Source: a virus (Duplodnaviria; Caudoviricetes). Taken from it: 35,920 nt of DNA. Below the pieces are notes generated by a model. The model ran no database searches and had not been told where the DNA came from. It worked only from the letters and a program-made list of their open reading frames with translations. Made by a program: the position numbers and the translations under genes. The DNA lies in IMG/VR virus record IMGVR_UViG_3300032301_000803, positions 1 through 35,920 of that record; one strand, 5' to 3'. Shown piece by piece: positions 7,677 through 14,895 of the stretch (positions are counted from its first letter, which is position 1; each line of letters starts with the position of its first letter).

Positions 7677-7706
7677 GGTGATAACGGTAACATTTACTCA
7701 ATTTAA
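6828..7706 (+). CDS. Long ORF fully antisense to integrase (possibly real)
   Basis: Stop-free 6783-7703, SD-like AAGGGAG 8 nt before GTG 6828, next to the xis stop. No recognisable domain. Confidence 0.35.
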   Translation: MTLKPANIQQATPAKRGSRAGHFASDLAALGLHLGEHGFDGGRDGNAKGFTRATLGAGERKDAILEIHAVERDLCLTQAAASSQGDLKTYPHPFGHTVDGQGFPGDFNFIVRKDRFNAGDRPPLNSVIQKSDRIHLSKQSALPVNPFKNLQVLARLVSPSLTPGRVRQALAPSQINFTIGRRKRLQGYFFLTNKTSKMTPAVPVINFCQSGNGMIFDQIINPIAAAIFALLINAKSSGLGRCLCAMQGIVDSVAGAFATPFSSRVFKTNKEPRAAAFLIRIRHGDNGNIYSI

Positions 7707-7711
7707 AGCAA
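7677..7711 (-). promoter_or_regulatory. Putative leaderless integrase promoter
   Basis: Minus strand TTGCTT(7711-7706)-16-TACCGT(7689-7684)-7-ATG, same geometry as the RHH1 promoter. Confidence 0.5.
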
Positions 7712-7765
7712 GATTTACCCGTGACACATCCAATCATAATCAATCATTTTGAAGGAGGAAATAAG

Positions 7766-7793
7766 ACCGTGGGTTCAAATCCCACCCCGTCCG
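7766..7793 (+). other. attP core equal to the 3' end of a tRNA, most likely tRNA-Ser
   Basis: ACC-GTGGG-TTCAAAT-CCCAC-CCCGTCC-G: T-arm, acceptor 3' strand and G discriminator, 90 nt from integrase start. IHF-like CAACGACTTA at 7807-7816. Confidence 0.85.
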
Positions 7794-7984
7794 AGTCTTA
7801 TCGCTACAACGACTTACGCAGATACAGTAACACGGCGGTAATTACTGAGCCAAAAAAGGCTCACTACCAGCAACTTAATTTAAATTCTCGCGGCGGGTAC
7901 GATTTGACCCCCGAGGCGTTCGTTTATCACCCAAACCCCGCCGTGTGCCGTATGTGGGCACAGCAACACGAGGCCAGTAAATGA
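7769..7984 (+). CDS. Hypothetical protein starting within attP core
   Basis: AAGGAGG 7752-7758 then in-frame GTG 7769. Stop overlaps next ATG (ATGA 7981). Confidence 0.5.
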   Translation: MGSNPTPSESYRYNDLRRYSNTAVITEPKKAHYQQLNLNSRGGYDLTPEAFVYHPNPAVCRMWAQQHEASK

Positions 7985-8142
7985 TTTCGTGGGAAGTCAT
8001 GCGCGATCTCGCCCAGGTATCCATGCTGATCACCGGCTGGGCTTTGTTCGTAGGCTCTGGAATCGCCGGGCTAACCGTGGCCGTCCTCGTGTTTGGCTGG
8101 GTAGTCGATCAGGTGCGTCGATTCTTTTGGGAGGGTAGATGA
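7981..8142 (+). CDS. Small membrane protein (53 aa)
   Basis: MISWEVMRDLAQVSMLITGWALFVGSGIAGLTVAVLVFGWVV..., ATGA overlaps at both ends. Confidence 0.7.
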   Translation: MISWEVMRDLAQVSMLITGWALFVGSGIAGLTVAVLVFGWVVDQVRRFFWEGR

Positions 8143-8402
8143 TTTACGCCAAGGACAACGGTGCCCCCGCACCTAAAAACCAAGGCGGCGTGGCCGGGGC
8201 GTTCTATCCGCCTGCGGCTACTGTTCGCGACCTAGAAGCAGAGGGCATTCTGCCGATCTCCGTCTCGCAATCCTACGGATCTGCCCAGCTCTCGCAGACC
8301 ACTGCTTTGATCGATCTGCAAACCAAGTACCGCAAGCTGCGTAATGACCTAGACGGCATTCAAGAGGTGGTCGCAAGCCTACTGAAGAGGGCGCAATCGT
8401 GA
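8139..8402 (+). CDS. Hypothetical protein
   Basis: 87 aa ORF, coupled on both sides. Confidence 0.65.
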   Translation: MIYAKDNGAPAPKNQGGVAGAFYPPAATVRDLEAEGILPISVSQSYGSAQLSQTTALIDLQTKYRKLRNDLDGIQEVVASLLKRAQS

Positions 8403-8731
8403 GCGCATTGGCCAGCAAGTTCCTCGTCCTTTGGAAAGTAGCTGGTGGCCCGGAGATAGTGGCAGAGCACACTTTCCACCCGACCCGTAAATGGCGTTTC
8501 GACTTCGCCTGCAAATCCGCCCGCTGTGCGATCGAGTTGGACGGTGGGGCGTTTCTGCCGTTTGGAGGCCGGCACGGGCGAGGGATGGGGATGGTGAAAG
8601 ATTGTGAGAAGTACCGGGCAGCCGCCGACTTGGGCTGGCGCATCTGGCGTTTCACAACCAAGTGCCTGACTGCTGAGGCAGTAGCGATGACTGCCAAGTC
8701 ATTCCGCTTGTCCATGAAGGAGAAAAAATGA
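8399..8731 (+). CDS. PD-(D/E)XK endonuclease, DUF559/Vsr-like
   Basis: EHTFHPTRKWRFDFA, AIELDGG, DCEKY, GWRIWRFT. Confidence 0.8.
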   Translation: MSALASKFLVLWKVAGGPEIVAEHTFHPTRKWRFDFACKSARCAIELDGGAFLPFGGRHGRGMGMVKDCEKYRAAADLGWRIWRFTTKCLTAEAVAMTAKSFRLSMKEKK

Positions 8732-8868
8732 GCGAAGCAACCAACGATACACCTATTAACAACGACAAGCCGGACTACGAATACGACGTCTACGAGCGGG
8801 AGAGGGCTGATTCTGAATATGAAAGTCAGCGTTTTGCCGATTACTACGGCAACAACCGCCGGGGCTGA
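8728..8868 (+). CDS. Small acidic Tyr-rich protein (46 aa)
   Basis: AAGGAG SD. MSEATNDTPINNDKPDYEYDVYERERADSEYESQRFADYYGNNRRG*. Confidence 0.7.
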   Translation: MSEATNDTPINNDKPDYEYDVYERERADSEYESQRFADYYGNNRRG

Positions 8869-8870
8869 TT

Positions 8871-9086
8871 ATGACCGACCTAACGAAATTTCGCCTGATC
8901 GAAAACATTGAAGTAATGGCCTGTCGTAACTCAGCGGAGCGGGTTGTGAAGGCGCTCAACCGCGGCGAGATCGACCAGGCAAAACAACTGGCCCGCAAGC
9001 ACGAGATCGCTTGGCACCTAGCCGACCGTGAGTTCCAAGACCTAAACCAACCGCACAGGAATAACGATTTTTGCGACGACGAGTAG
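8871..9086 (+). CDS. Hypothetical protein
   Basis: 71 aa ORF in operon. Confidence 0.65.
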   Translation: MTDLTKFRLIENIEVMACRNSAERVVKALNRGEIDQAKQLARKHEIAWHLADREFQDLNQPHRNNDFCDDE

Positions 9087-9132
9087 TCGGAGCAAATCCA
9101 AGAAACCCAAACCAAGAAAGCAAAATAAGAAT

Positions 9133-9615
9133 ATGCCAATAGTAGCAAGCAGAGGGGGGTCATACACGCCAGCCCCGCAAGGTAATCACGACGCAGTTTT
9201 CTGCGACGTCGAGGACTTAGGCGAAGTGGAAACGCAGTACGGTAAAAAGCATCAGATCCGCCTTGTCTGGCAGATCGCCGAGAAGATGGAGGACGGGCGG
9301 CCGTACACCATAGGCCGGCGTTATGGACTAAGCCTGCATGAGAAGGCGGCTTTGTTCAAAGACTTGAAAACCTATGCCAAAAAGGCGCCACCGCAGAATC
9401 TGGACTTGGAAACCCTGATTGGTAAGCCGTGCCAGATCCTCGTCACTCATGTTGATCGCGACGGATCAACCTACGCCAATGTGCAGGCCGTCCTGCCGGC
9501 GGGTGCAACGAAAATTAAAGTCGATAAGGATTTTGTCAGGAAGTGCAATCGTCCTGGCGCTCCTAAACCAGCAGTAGTCGAGCTGGATGCCGACGGAACA
9601 CCAGTACCGTTCTAA
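9133..9615 (+). CDS. Phage single-stranded DNA-binding protein-like
   Basis: YTPAPQG.H.A......DLG, LIGKPCQI.V, YANV and acidic C-terminal ...DADGTPVPF tail. Confidence 0.7.
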   Translation: MPIVASRGGSYTPAPQGNHDAVFCDVEDLGEVETQYGKKHQIRLVWQIAEKMEDGRPYTIGRRYGLSLHEKAALFKDLKTYAKKAPPQNLDLETLIGKPCQILVTHVDRDGSTYANVQAVLPAGATKIKVDKDFVRKCNRPGAPKPAVVELDADGTPVPF

Positions 9616-9621
9616 CCACAT

Positions 9622-9652
9622 TGGCCGGGGTGGGCAATTCCCACCTCGGCCA
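9622..9652 (+). terminator. GC-rich hairpin after SSB-like gene (no U-tract)
   Basis: TGGCCGGGGTGGG-CAATT-CCCACCTCGGCCA. Confidence 0.5.
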
Positions 9653-9664
9653 GAAAGACCCCCT

Positions 9665-9760
9665 ATGGAAATCCTAACTTTAGTAATTCAAATCGTGTTT
9701 CCAACCACCGCAGTCGTGCTGGCCCTTATGACCATGCGCTTGCTGAAGGACTGGCAGTAA
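9665..9760 (+). CDS. Small single-TM peptide (31 aa)
   Basis: MEILTLVIQIVFPTTAVVLALMTMRLLKDWQ*, TAATG coupling to exonuclease. Confidence 0.55.
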   Translation: MEILTLVIQIVFPTTAVVLALMTMRLLKDWQ

Positions 9761-10545
9761 TGGCTGCGTTAATTGCTACAGCAAAGACGGAGTCGTCGCA
9801 TTATTACCTAGCGTCGGGTGAGTCGTGCCACGGTGATCTGCGATCCGCTCGCAAGGTGGGGGCGTTTCCGTCGGTCACCACAATCTTGGCGGCAGCAGGC
9901 CCACAAAAGACTGGGCTGATAAATTGGCAAGTAGAGCAGGCGATGTCGTCATCGCTAACCCTTCCACATATTGAGGGCGAATCTCTGGCCGACTTTGCCA
10001 AGCGAGCAGTGCTGGACAGCCGTAAAGAAGTGGAGGCGGCCGCACTGCGCGGGACACAAATTCATTCCCTGGCTGAAATGATAATTAATCAGCAAGAGCC
10101 GGGTGACCTAGTCAAAGGCTACGAGGAGCACTATGCGGGCCTAAAAGAATGGCGGGAGTGCTGCGTCACTAAAGTGCACGCCAGCGAGTCCGTGCTAGTC
10201 AACGAGGCGGAAGGCTACGCTGGGCGAGTAGATCTAATCGCCGACATCCACGGCAAGATCGAGGTGGTCGATTTTAAAACACGCAAATTTAAGAAAGACG
10301 CAAAGGGTGTCTCCAAAGCATCGGGCTATGAAACTGATCTTTTGCAGCTCAGTGCCTACGCATACGCATTTACAGACGAGGGCATGGCATGCCGGAACGT
10401 ACTGATCGATCCAGTCACCGGCCAGTTGCAGGACATTCGCTACACCTCCGAGCAAGTTGCCCAAGCGTTTGAGGCATTCACGTCCATCTGCAAGGTATGG
10501 CGCTGGCTGAAGAAGTACGACCCGCGGGAGGTGCGCTGTGATTGA
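9760..10545 (+). CDS. PD-(D/E)XK exonuclease (RecB/Cas4-like phage nuclease)
   Basis: PSVTTIL, RGTQIH, YAGRVDLI, VDFKT, QLSAYA. Confidence 0.85.
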   Translation: MAALIATAKTESSHYYLASGESCHGDLRSARKVGAFPSVTTILAAAGPQKTGLINWQVEQAMSSSLTLPHIEGESLADFAKRAVLDSRKEVEAAALRGTQIHSLAEMIINQQEPGDLVKGYEEHYAGLKEWRECCVTKVHASESVLVNEAEGYAGRVDLIADIHGKIEVVDFKTRKFKKDAKGVSKASGYETDLLQLSAYAYAFTDEGMACRNVLIDPVTGQLQDIRYTSEQVAQAFEAFTSICKVWRWLKKYDPREVRCD

Positions 10546-10690
10546 GATCCTACCCGAACAATCCACCCAAGAGCAGTTACTGAACCGCGTGCGATCGCTG
10601 GCCCGTGAGCTTGCGGAAGCGAAGGCTGCGCTGGCGGCTGCGGAAAGACGCGAGAACGATCTGATCGATCGGATAAGGGCAGGGCTATGA
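10538..10690 (+). CDS. Small coiled-coil protein (50 aa)
   Basis: GTG after GGAGG. MIEILPEQSTQEQLLNRVRSLARELAEAKAALAAAERRENDLIDRIRAGL*. Confidence 0.6.
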   Translation: MIEILPEQSTQEQLLNRVRSLARELAEAKAALAAAERRENDLIDRIRAGL

Positions 10691-11103
10691 GGACACTGCT
10701 ATCAATCCTGGCCCTGCTTGGCTTTACCGCGACGAAACTAAGTAACGCACTAATTGATTTGCGCCCGATTGCAAAAAAGATCGACGTAAAAAAAATCAAG
10801 GTTCGCATTACTGGCTACTGGCCTGGAGAGGACGAGTGGAGCAGTCGCTATCAGTCGAGCACTGGCACCAGGTTGCGGGCTGGCCGTCACTGCGCCGTCG
10901 ATCCAGACATCATTCCGCTGTGGTCAAAGATCCGCGTCATGGGCGGGAAGCGTGAGTGGGTGGCCGTGGATACAGGCACTGCCGTAAAAAGTAAGAAAGC
11001 AAGCGGTGGCAAGCTGCCCGTGGTGGACGTGTTTGCTGCTAGTGAAAAGCAGTTTAATGCGATGCGGTTGCCGAAGGTGGCGATGGTGGAGGTGATGAAG
11101 TGA
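10687..11103 (+). CDS. 3D (Asp-Asp-Asp) domain protein with N-terminal signal/anchor
   Basis: ITGY, CAVDPDIIPLWSKI, AVDTGTAVK, VVDVF. Confidence 0.8.
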   Translation: MRTLLSILALLGFTATKLSNALIDLRPIAKKIDVKKIKVRITGYWPGEDEWSSRYQSSTGTRLRAGRHCAVDPDIIPLWSKIRVMGGKREWVAVDTGTAVKSKKASGGKLPVVDVFAASEKQFNAMRLPKVAMVEVMK

Positions 11104-11381
11104 GCACGACGGCCGCTAGGCTTGCATCTAAACGCAATAAGGCCGCCGGCATTGGCGATACAAGGCCGACGTTCCGCCGCCTAGGCGTGATCGCTAGAAT
11201 GTTACGCCGGGATCTAACGCTGCCTAGCTGTGCGAGGTTGGGTGTGAAACTCGAATGTAGCTACAAGACCATCCAGCGGGACATCGATCTGCTGCGCGAT
11301 TTCTTTGGCTATCCGCTGCAATACGACGCCAGCAAGTACCACTACAAACTGGCGGGGCCGCTGCCTAAGGCGGTGCTGTGA
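11100..11381 (+). CDS. Stand-alone winged-HTH (HTH_11-like, as at the N-terminus of WYL regulators)
   Basis: LGVKLECSYKTIQRDIDLLRDFFGYPLQYD....Y.L. Confidence 0.75.
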   Translation: MSTTAARLASKRNKAAGIGDTRPTFRRLGVIARMLRRDLTLPSCARLGVKLECSYKTIQRDIDLLRDFFGYPLQYDASKYHYKLAGPLPKAVL

Positions 11382-11506
11382 GCCTAGCCGATCTTTTGAT
11401 CATGTTCTCCGCCCGCGTCATCGGCACCTACACGCCGGAGCAGTACGCCGACTGTGTGCGAGAGGCCCGCGCCAATCGCCACCGTTGGGGAATGGGGCAG
11501 TGGTGA
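11378..11506 (+). CDS. Hypothetical protein (42 aa)
   Basis: GTGA overlaps at both ends. Confidence 0.55.
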   Translation: MSLADLLIMFSARVIGTYTPEQYADCVREARANRHRWGMGQW

Positions 11507-11694
11507 GCGTTAAGCGTTTAACCTGGCATCTCGCCGTGCTCGAACGTGCGAAGAAAAATTTGCTGAAGAAGCAGTACGACGCAGTACGCACCCGGCTGGA
11601 TCTGGCCGTTCTTATGGCAACCGAAATGCTCAAGCAGGCCGAGGGATTTAAGGCGAAAGCCGTTGAGGCAAAAAAAACGAAGGAGAGCAAATGA
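11503..11694 (+). CDS. Hypothetical protein
   Basis: GTG 11503 start, 3' part of track ORF 11305..11694. Confidence 0.6.
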   Translation: MSVKRLTWHLAVLERAKKNLLKKQYDAVRTRLDLAVLMATEMLKQAEGFKAKAVEAKKTKESK

Positions 11695-11882
11695 AGGATT
11701 TAGGCAAAATTACTTTTGGCAAAGCGCGGCCTGCTCCAAAGCAGGTTTTAGTCGACGTAACCTATGACGCCAAAACTGCCAAGGCGTTGCACGCATTTGG
11801 GCTGAAGAAGCTAAAAAAAGATCAAGAGGCAGTAATCGAGTACGTGATCAAGAAAGCGTTGGAAGGGTTGGTCAAAAAATGA
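11691..11882 (+). CDS. Hypothetical protein
   Basis: AAGGAG SD, ATGA overlaps. Confidence 0.65.
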   Translation: MKDLGKITFGKARPAPKQVLVDVTYDAKTAKALHAFGLKKLKKDQEAVIEYVIKKALEGLVKK

Positions 11883-13840
11883 TTGCACCCCTGCCCCCCG
11901 CAATCGAAGCCATACACCGCAACGGAGCCGCTGAAGGTGAGCGCAACACGCAGCTCTTTAAGCTGGCGTGCCAGTGGCGCGACCAAGGGCTGACTGAGTT
12001 CGACGCAACGACTAACGCAGAGGAGTGGGCCTACAAGGTGGGGCTATCGCAGAACGAGGCCGTCAGTGCGGTCAGATCCGCATTTAGCAAGCCAGCCAGG
12101 GAAGCATGGAGGCCCAAGGCTAAGTACGGCTATCAGAATGGGGCGATCGTTAGAGAGGATCTGCCGGTGCCTCAAATGCCTAAAAGCGTAGAGGCCCAGC
12201 CAGTAGAGAAATTTTTAGCAGAGGCTTTTGAGCTAGGCGAAAGCATCAATATCTGTCGTTCGATTAGGGACGGCGATCGCGAGCGGCCGGACGGCACTGG
12301 GGAAACTAGAAAACGTGAGGAGTGGTTAGAGTTATACAAGGGGGACGGATTAAAAGAGTGGCAGGGATCAGCCGTTGGGGTCTATGTCTCAATTAACCCT
12401 AACAATGGCAAGGGGCGCAAGAAAGAGCATGTTACTAAATGGCGGCACGTCCTAATCGAATTTGATGAAAGCACGCTGGATGAGCAGTGGAAAATTATTA
12501 AGAAAAGCGGATTGCCTACCACTTGCATCATAAAGAGCGGATCACGAAGTCTGCACGCATGGGTGAAAATTGACGCAGATAACGAAGCTGAATTTACTGA
12601 ACGTGTTGATTTTATATTTAAGCACTTAGAGCACAGTAAGGTTGATTCCTCGACAAAGGACGCAGGGCGGTTGTCGAGGTTGCCCGGTGCGATGCGGACG
12701 GCCACAGGCAATCAGCAAGAGCTGGTCGAATGTGGCACACCGTCAATCTCATTCTTACAATGGAAAGAGCGCATTTTGTTTGGCGATATACCTGATCCTT
12801 ACAAGTGGGACGATTTGCTTAATTTTAAGGAAACTGAAGATCCAACCCAGCTACTAGGCAAGCGCTGGATCTGCCGTGGCGGATCGGCCTTGTGGGTAGG
12901 TAGCAGTGGCCTTGGTAAGAGTGTGCTATGTATGCAGGCCGCTATCACCTGGGCAATCGCTGAGTCGTTCTTTGGGATCAACCCGCACGGCAACGGGCTA
13001 AAGTCGATAATCATTCAGGCGGAGAACGACGAGGGAGACGTGGCCGAATCGATACAAGGGGTGTTTAAGGCCATGAATTTAACCGAAAAACATAAGGCGT
13101 TAGTGATGGCTAACGTGACCATCGTGCGTGATTGCACATCCACCGGAGAGAAGTTTGTGGATCGTGTGCGTCGCTTAGTCGAAAAGCATAAACCTGACCT
13201 AGTTTGGATCGATCCCTTGCTGGCGTTTATCGGTGGCGATCTATCTAGCCAGGAGACGGCAAGTGCGTTCCTACGCAATATGCTTAACCCGCTATCCCTA
13301 TCGGCTGGGTTTGCGTGGATGCTGATCCATCACACCCCGAAGCCAGCTAGGGAGGGCAACGGATACCAAGGCGCAGACAAGGCGTATAGCGGTTTTGGAT
13401 CAAGCGAGCTGACGAATTGGGCGAGGAGCGTTTTAACCCTTGCGGCTTGTGGCGACGATGCCGAAGGAAAGCGTATTTATAGGCTTGAGGTAACGAAGCG
13501 AGGTAAGCGGTCTAATCTTAATTCTACGGGCATTATAGCGCAAAATGCAGTGCAACCCTTTGTAAATCTAAGTCACAGCGACCTTGGTTTGGCTTGGATA
13601 CAAGCGGGTGAAGTAGTCAAAAAGAAGCCAGGGCCGCAGGCTGAGACAGTAGATTTTTCTAAGTATAAGGACTATCCATGCACCCGTGGGGCGCTTGAAG
13701 CATGGGTAATGAAGCAAGGTGACGGCAATTCTAAGTCAACAGCATACCGAATTGTGGACAAAGCGCTCGAATCTGAGGCTATCAAAAAACAAGCAAATGG
13801 TACCTACGTTTTGGAGGTCAAAATCGATGAGCCTTTTTAA
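11879..13840 (+). CDS. Primase-helicase (PriCT-like + RepB/AEP-like primase + AAA_25-type helicase)
   Basis: GERNTQLFKLA; LIEFD, SGSRSLHAW, RLSRLPG; Walker A GSSGLGKS, WIDPL, IHHTPK, GSS. Confidence 0.85.
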   Translation: MIAPLPPAIEAIHRNGAAEGERNTQLFKLACQWRDQGLTEFDATTNAEEWAYKVGLSQNEAVSAVRSAFSKPAREAWRPKAKYGYQNGAIVREDLPVPQMPKSVEAQPVEKFLAEAFELGESINICRSIRDGDRERPDGTGETRKREEWLELYKGDGLKEWQGSAVGVYVSINPNNGKGRKKEHVTKWRHVLIEFDESTLDEQWKIIKKSGLPTTCIIKSGSRSLHAWVKIDADNEAEFTERVDFIFKHLEHSKVDSSTKDAGRLSRLPGAMRTATGNQQELVECGTPSISFLQWKERILFGDIPDPYKWDDLLNFKETEDPTQLLGKRWICRGGSALWVGSSGLGKSVLCMQAAITWAIAESFFGINPHGNGLKSIIIQAENDEGDVAESIQGVFKAMNLTEKHKALVMANVTIVRDCTSTGEKFVDRVRRLVEKHKPDLVWIDPLLAFIGGDLSSQETASAFLRNMLNPLSLSAGFAWMLIHHTPKPAREGNGYQGADKAYSGFGSSELTNWARSVLTLAACGDDAEGKRIYRLEVTKRGKRSNLNSTGIIAQNAVQPFVNLSHSDLGLAWIQAGEVVKKKPGPQAETVDFSKYKDYPCTRGALEAWVMKQGDGNSKSTAYRIVDKALESEAIKKQANGTYVLEVKIDEPF

Positions 13841-13956
13841 CCTTCAAATTAACTTGAAGGTACCTTCAAGTTCGGTTGACGGTACCACCATCAAGTTCCC
13901 CCCTTTAAGGGGGAACTTGAAGGTGAAGTCTGAAGGCATAAAAGATCTTGAAGGTA
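13840..13956. other. Putative replication origin (palindromes and CCTTCAA/TTGAAGG iterons)
   Basis: Perfect 22-bp palindrome AACTTGAAGGTACCTTCAAGTT at 13851-13872. 12-bp stem at 13891-13920. Lies right after the primase-helicase. Confidence 0.7.
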
Positions 13957-13963
13957 GACCCCT

Positions 13964-14455
13964 ATGATAGACCAACAAATGTTAGAACGGATCCCGTGCG
14001 GTTCAGCCCACATATCCACCAGGATCGACGGCATAGCAGATCTAGTCCATGAGGCGTTCTGTGAGCTAGGTCTGACTGTTACAACGTCGTCAGTGGCTTT
14101 GACCACTCAGGTATTCTATTACCTAATAACTAAGGCGCCAGACCATCCAGCGGTTCAAAACATGGCCGACACATTGGAGCAGTCTGTGCTGGCGGTCGTG
14201 CTTAACAGATCGACCAAGTCTATGACCCAGCTCGCAAGCGAGCACAAAATTACCAAGCAGGCTTTTAGCAAGCGGGTGCTCAGTCTAACTGATCGCCTTG
14301 GCTTGCCTGTCAGAGCACAGAAAAGCCAAAAGGCTCGTGAGGCATACGACCTTAGAGCAAGGAAGCACCACGACAAGCGGCGTCGTCAGATTCCTAAGTT
14401 TAACAACGCCGCACTATTGAAAGGCAGGGACAGATGCAAGAACTCAAAGAAGTAA
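13964..14455 (+). CDS. HTH protein, candidate late transcription regulator
   Basis: SMTQLASEHKITKQAFSKRVLSLTDRLG resembles a sigma region-4-like HTH. Sits at the early/late boundary. Confidence 0.55.
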   Translation: MIDQQMLERIPCGSAHISTRIDGIADLVHEAFCELGLTVTTSSVALTTQVFYYLITKAPDHPAVQNMADTLEQSVLAVVLNRSTKSMTQLASEHKITKQAFSKRVLSLTDRLGLPVRAQKSQKAREAYDLRARKHHDKRRRQIPKFNNAALLKGRDRCKNSKK

Positions 14456-14895
14456 TTAAGAAGCTAAACAAGAGACGTACCGAAACGCTTGAGCAGATGG
14501 GTGAGGTGATTGGCCTGGCAGCACAGGCCGGTGCCATCATATCTAACGCAAGGGCTAAAGGTGAGAACGTGTCTGCGTTGCTAGATTCAGTTGATCTAAC
14601 TGATGAGCAAGGCAAGCGGTTGGAACGTGTAGCGGCACATCAAAAGAAGCTGCAAGACGGTGACCCAGCCGCCTTGCGTCAGATCATGCTGTGGACAGAG
14701 ATGCTGCCCGATCCGATCACGACATCCGTACCAAGCGAACGCAAACCGTTCTTCTTTCCGCTGATTAAAGTTAGTCAGTGGTTCCTCAACAGATCCAAGC
14801 CTGAAGCCTGGACATCCGACATGCGTACAGAGTTTATTCGCTACGCAGAGCCGATCGCTAAGAAATACACTGAGCTGACGGGCAAAGGCTCTTGA
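14434..14895 (+). CDS. Hypothetical protein
   Basis: 153 aa helical ORF. Confidence 0.7.
   Translation: MQELKEVIKKLNKRRTETLEQMGEVIGLAAQAGAIISNARAKGENVSALLDSVDLTDEQGKRLERVAAHQKKLQDGDPAALRQIMLWTEMLPDPITTSVPSERKPFFFPLIKVSQWFLNRSKPEAWTSDMRTEFIRYAEPIAKKYTELTGKGS

Noticed and set aside
7766-7793. Complete tRNA gene
   Set aside because: Only the T-arm and acceptor 3' strand are present, with no D or anticodon arm upstream. Treated as attP.
9760-10545. CRISPR Cas4
   Set aside because: No four-Cys Fe-S pattern or cas context. It sits beside the SSB-like gene as a typical phage exonuclease.
13719-13967. 82-aa ORF across the ori region
   Set aside because: Overlaps the helicase end and the palindrome cluster, with no protein-like features.
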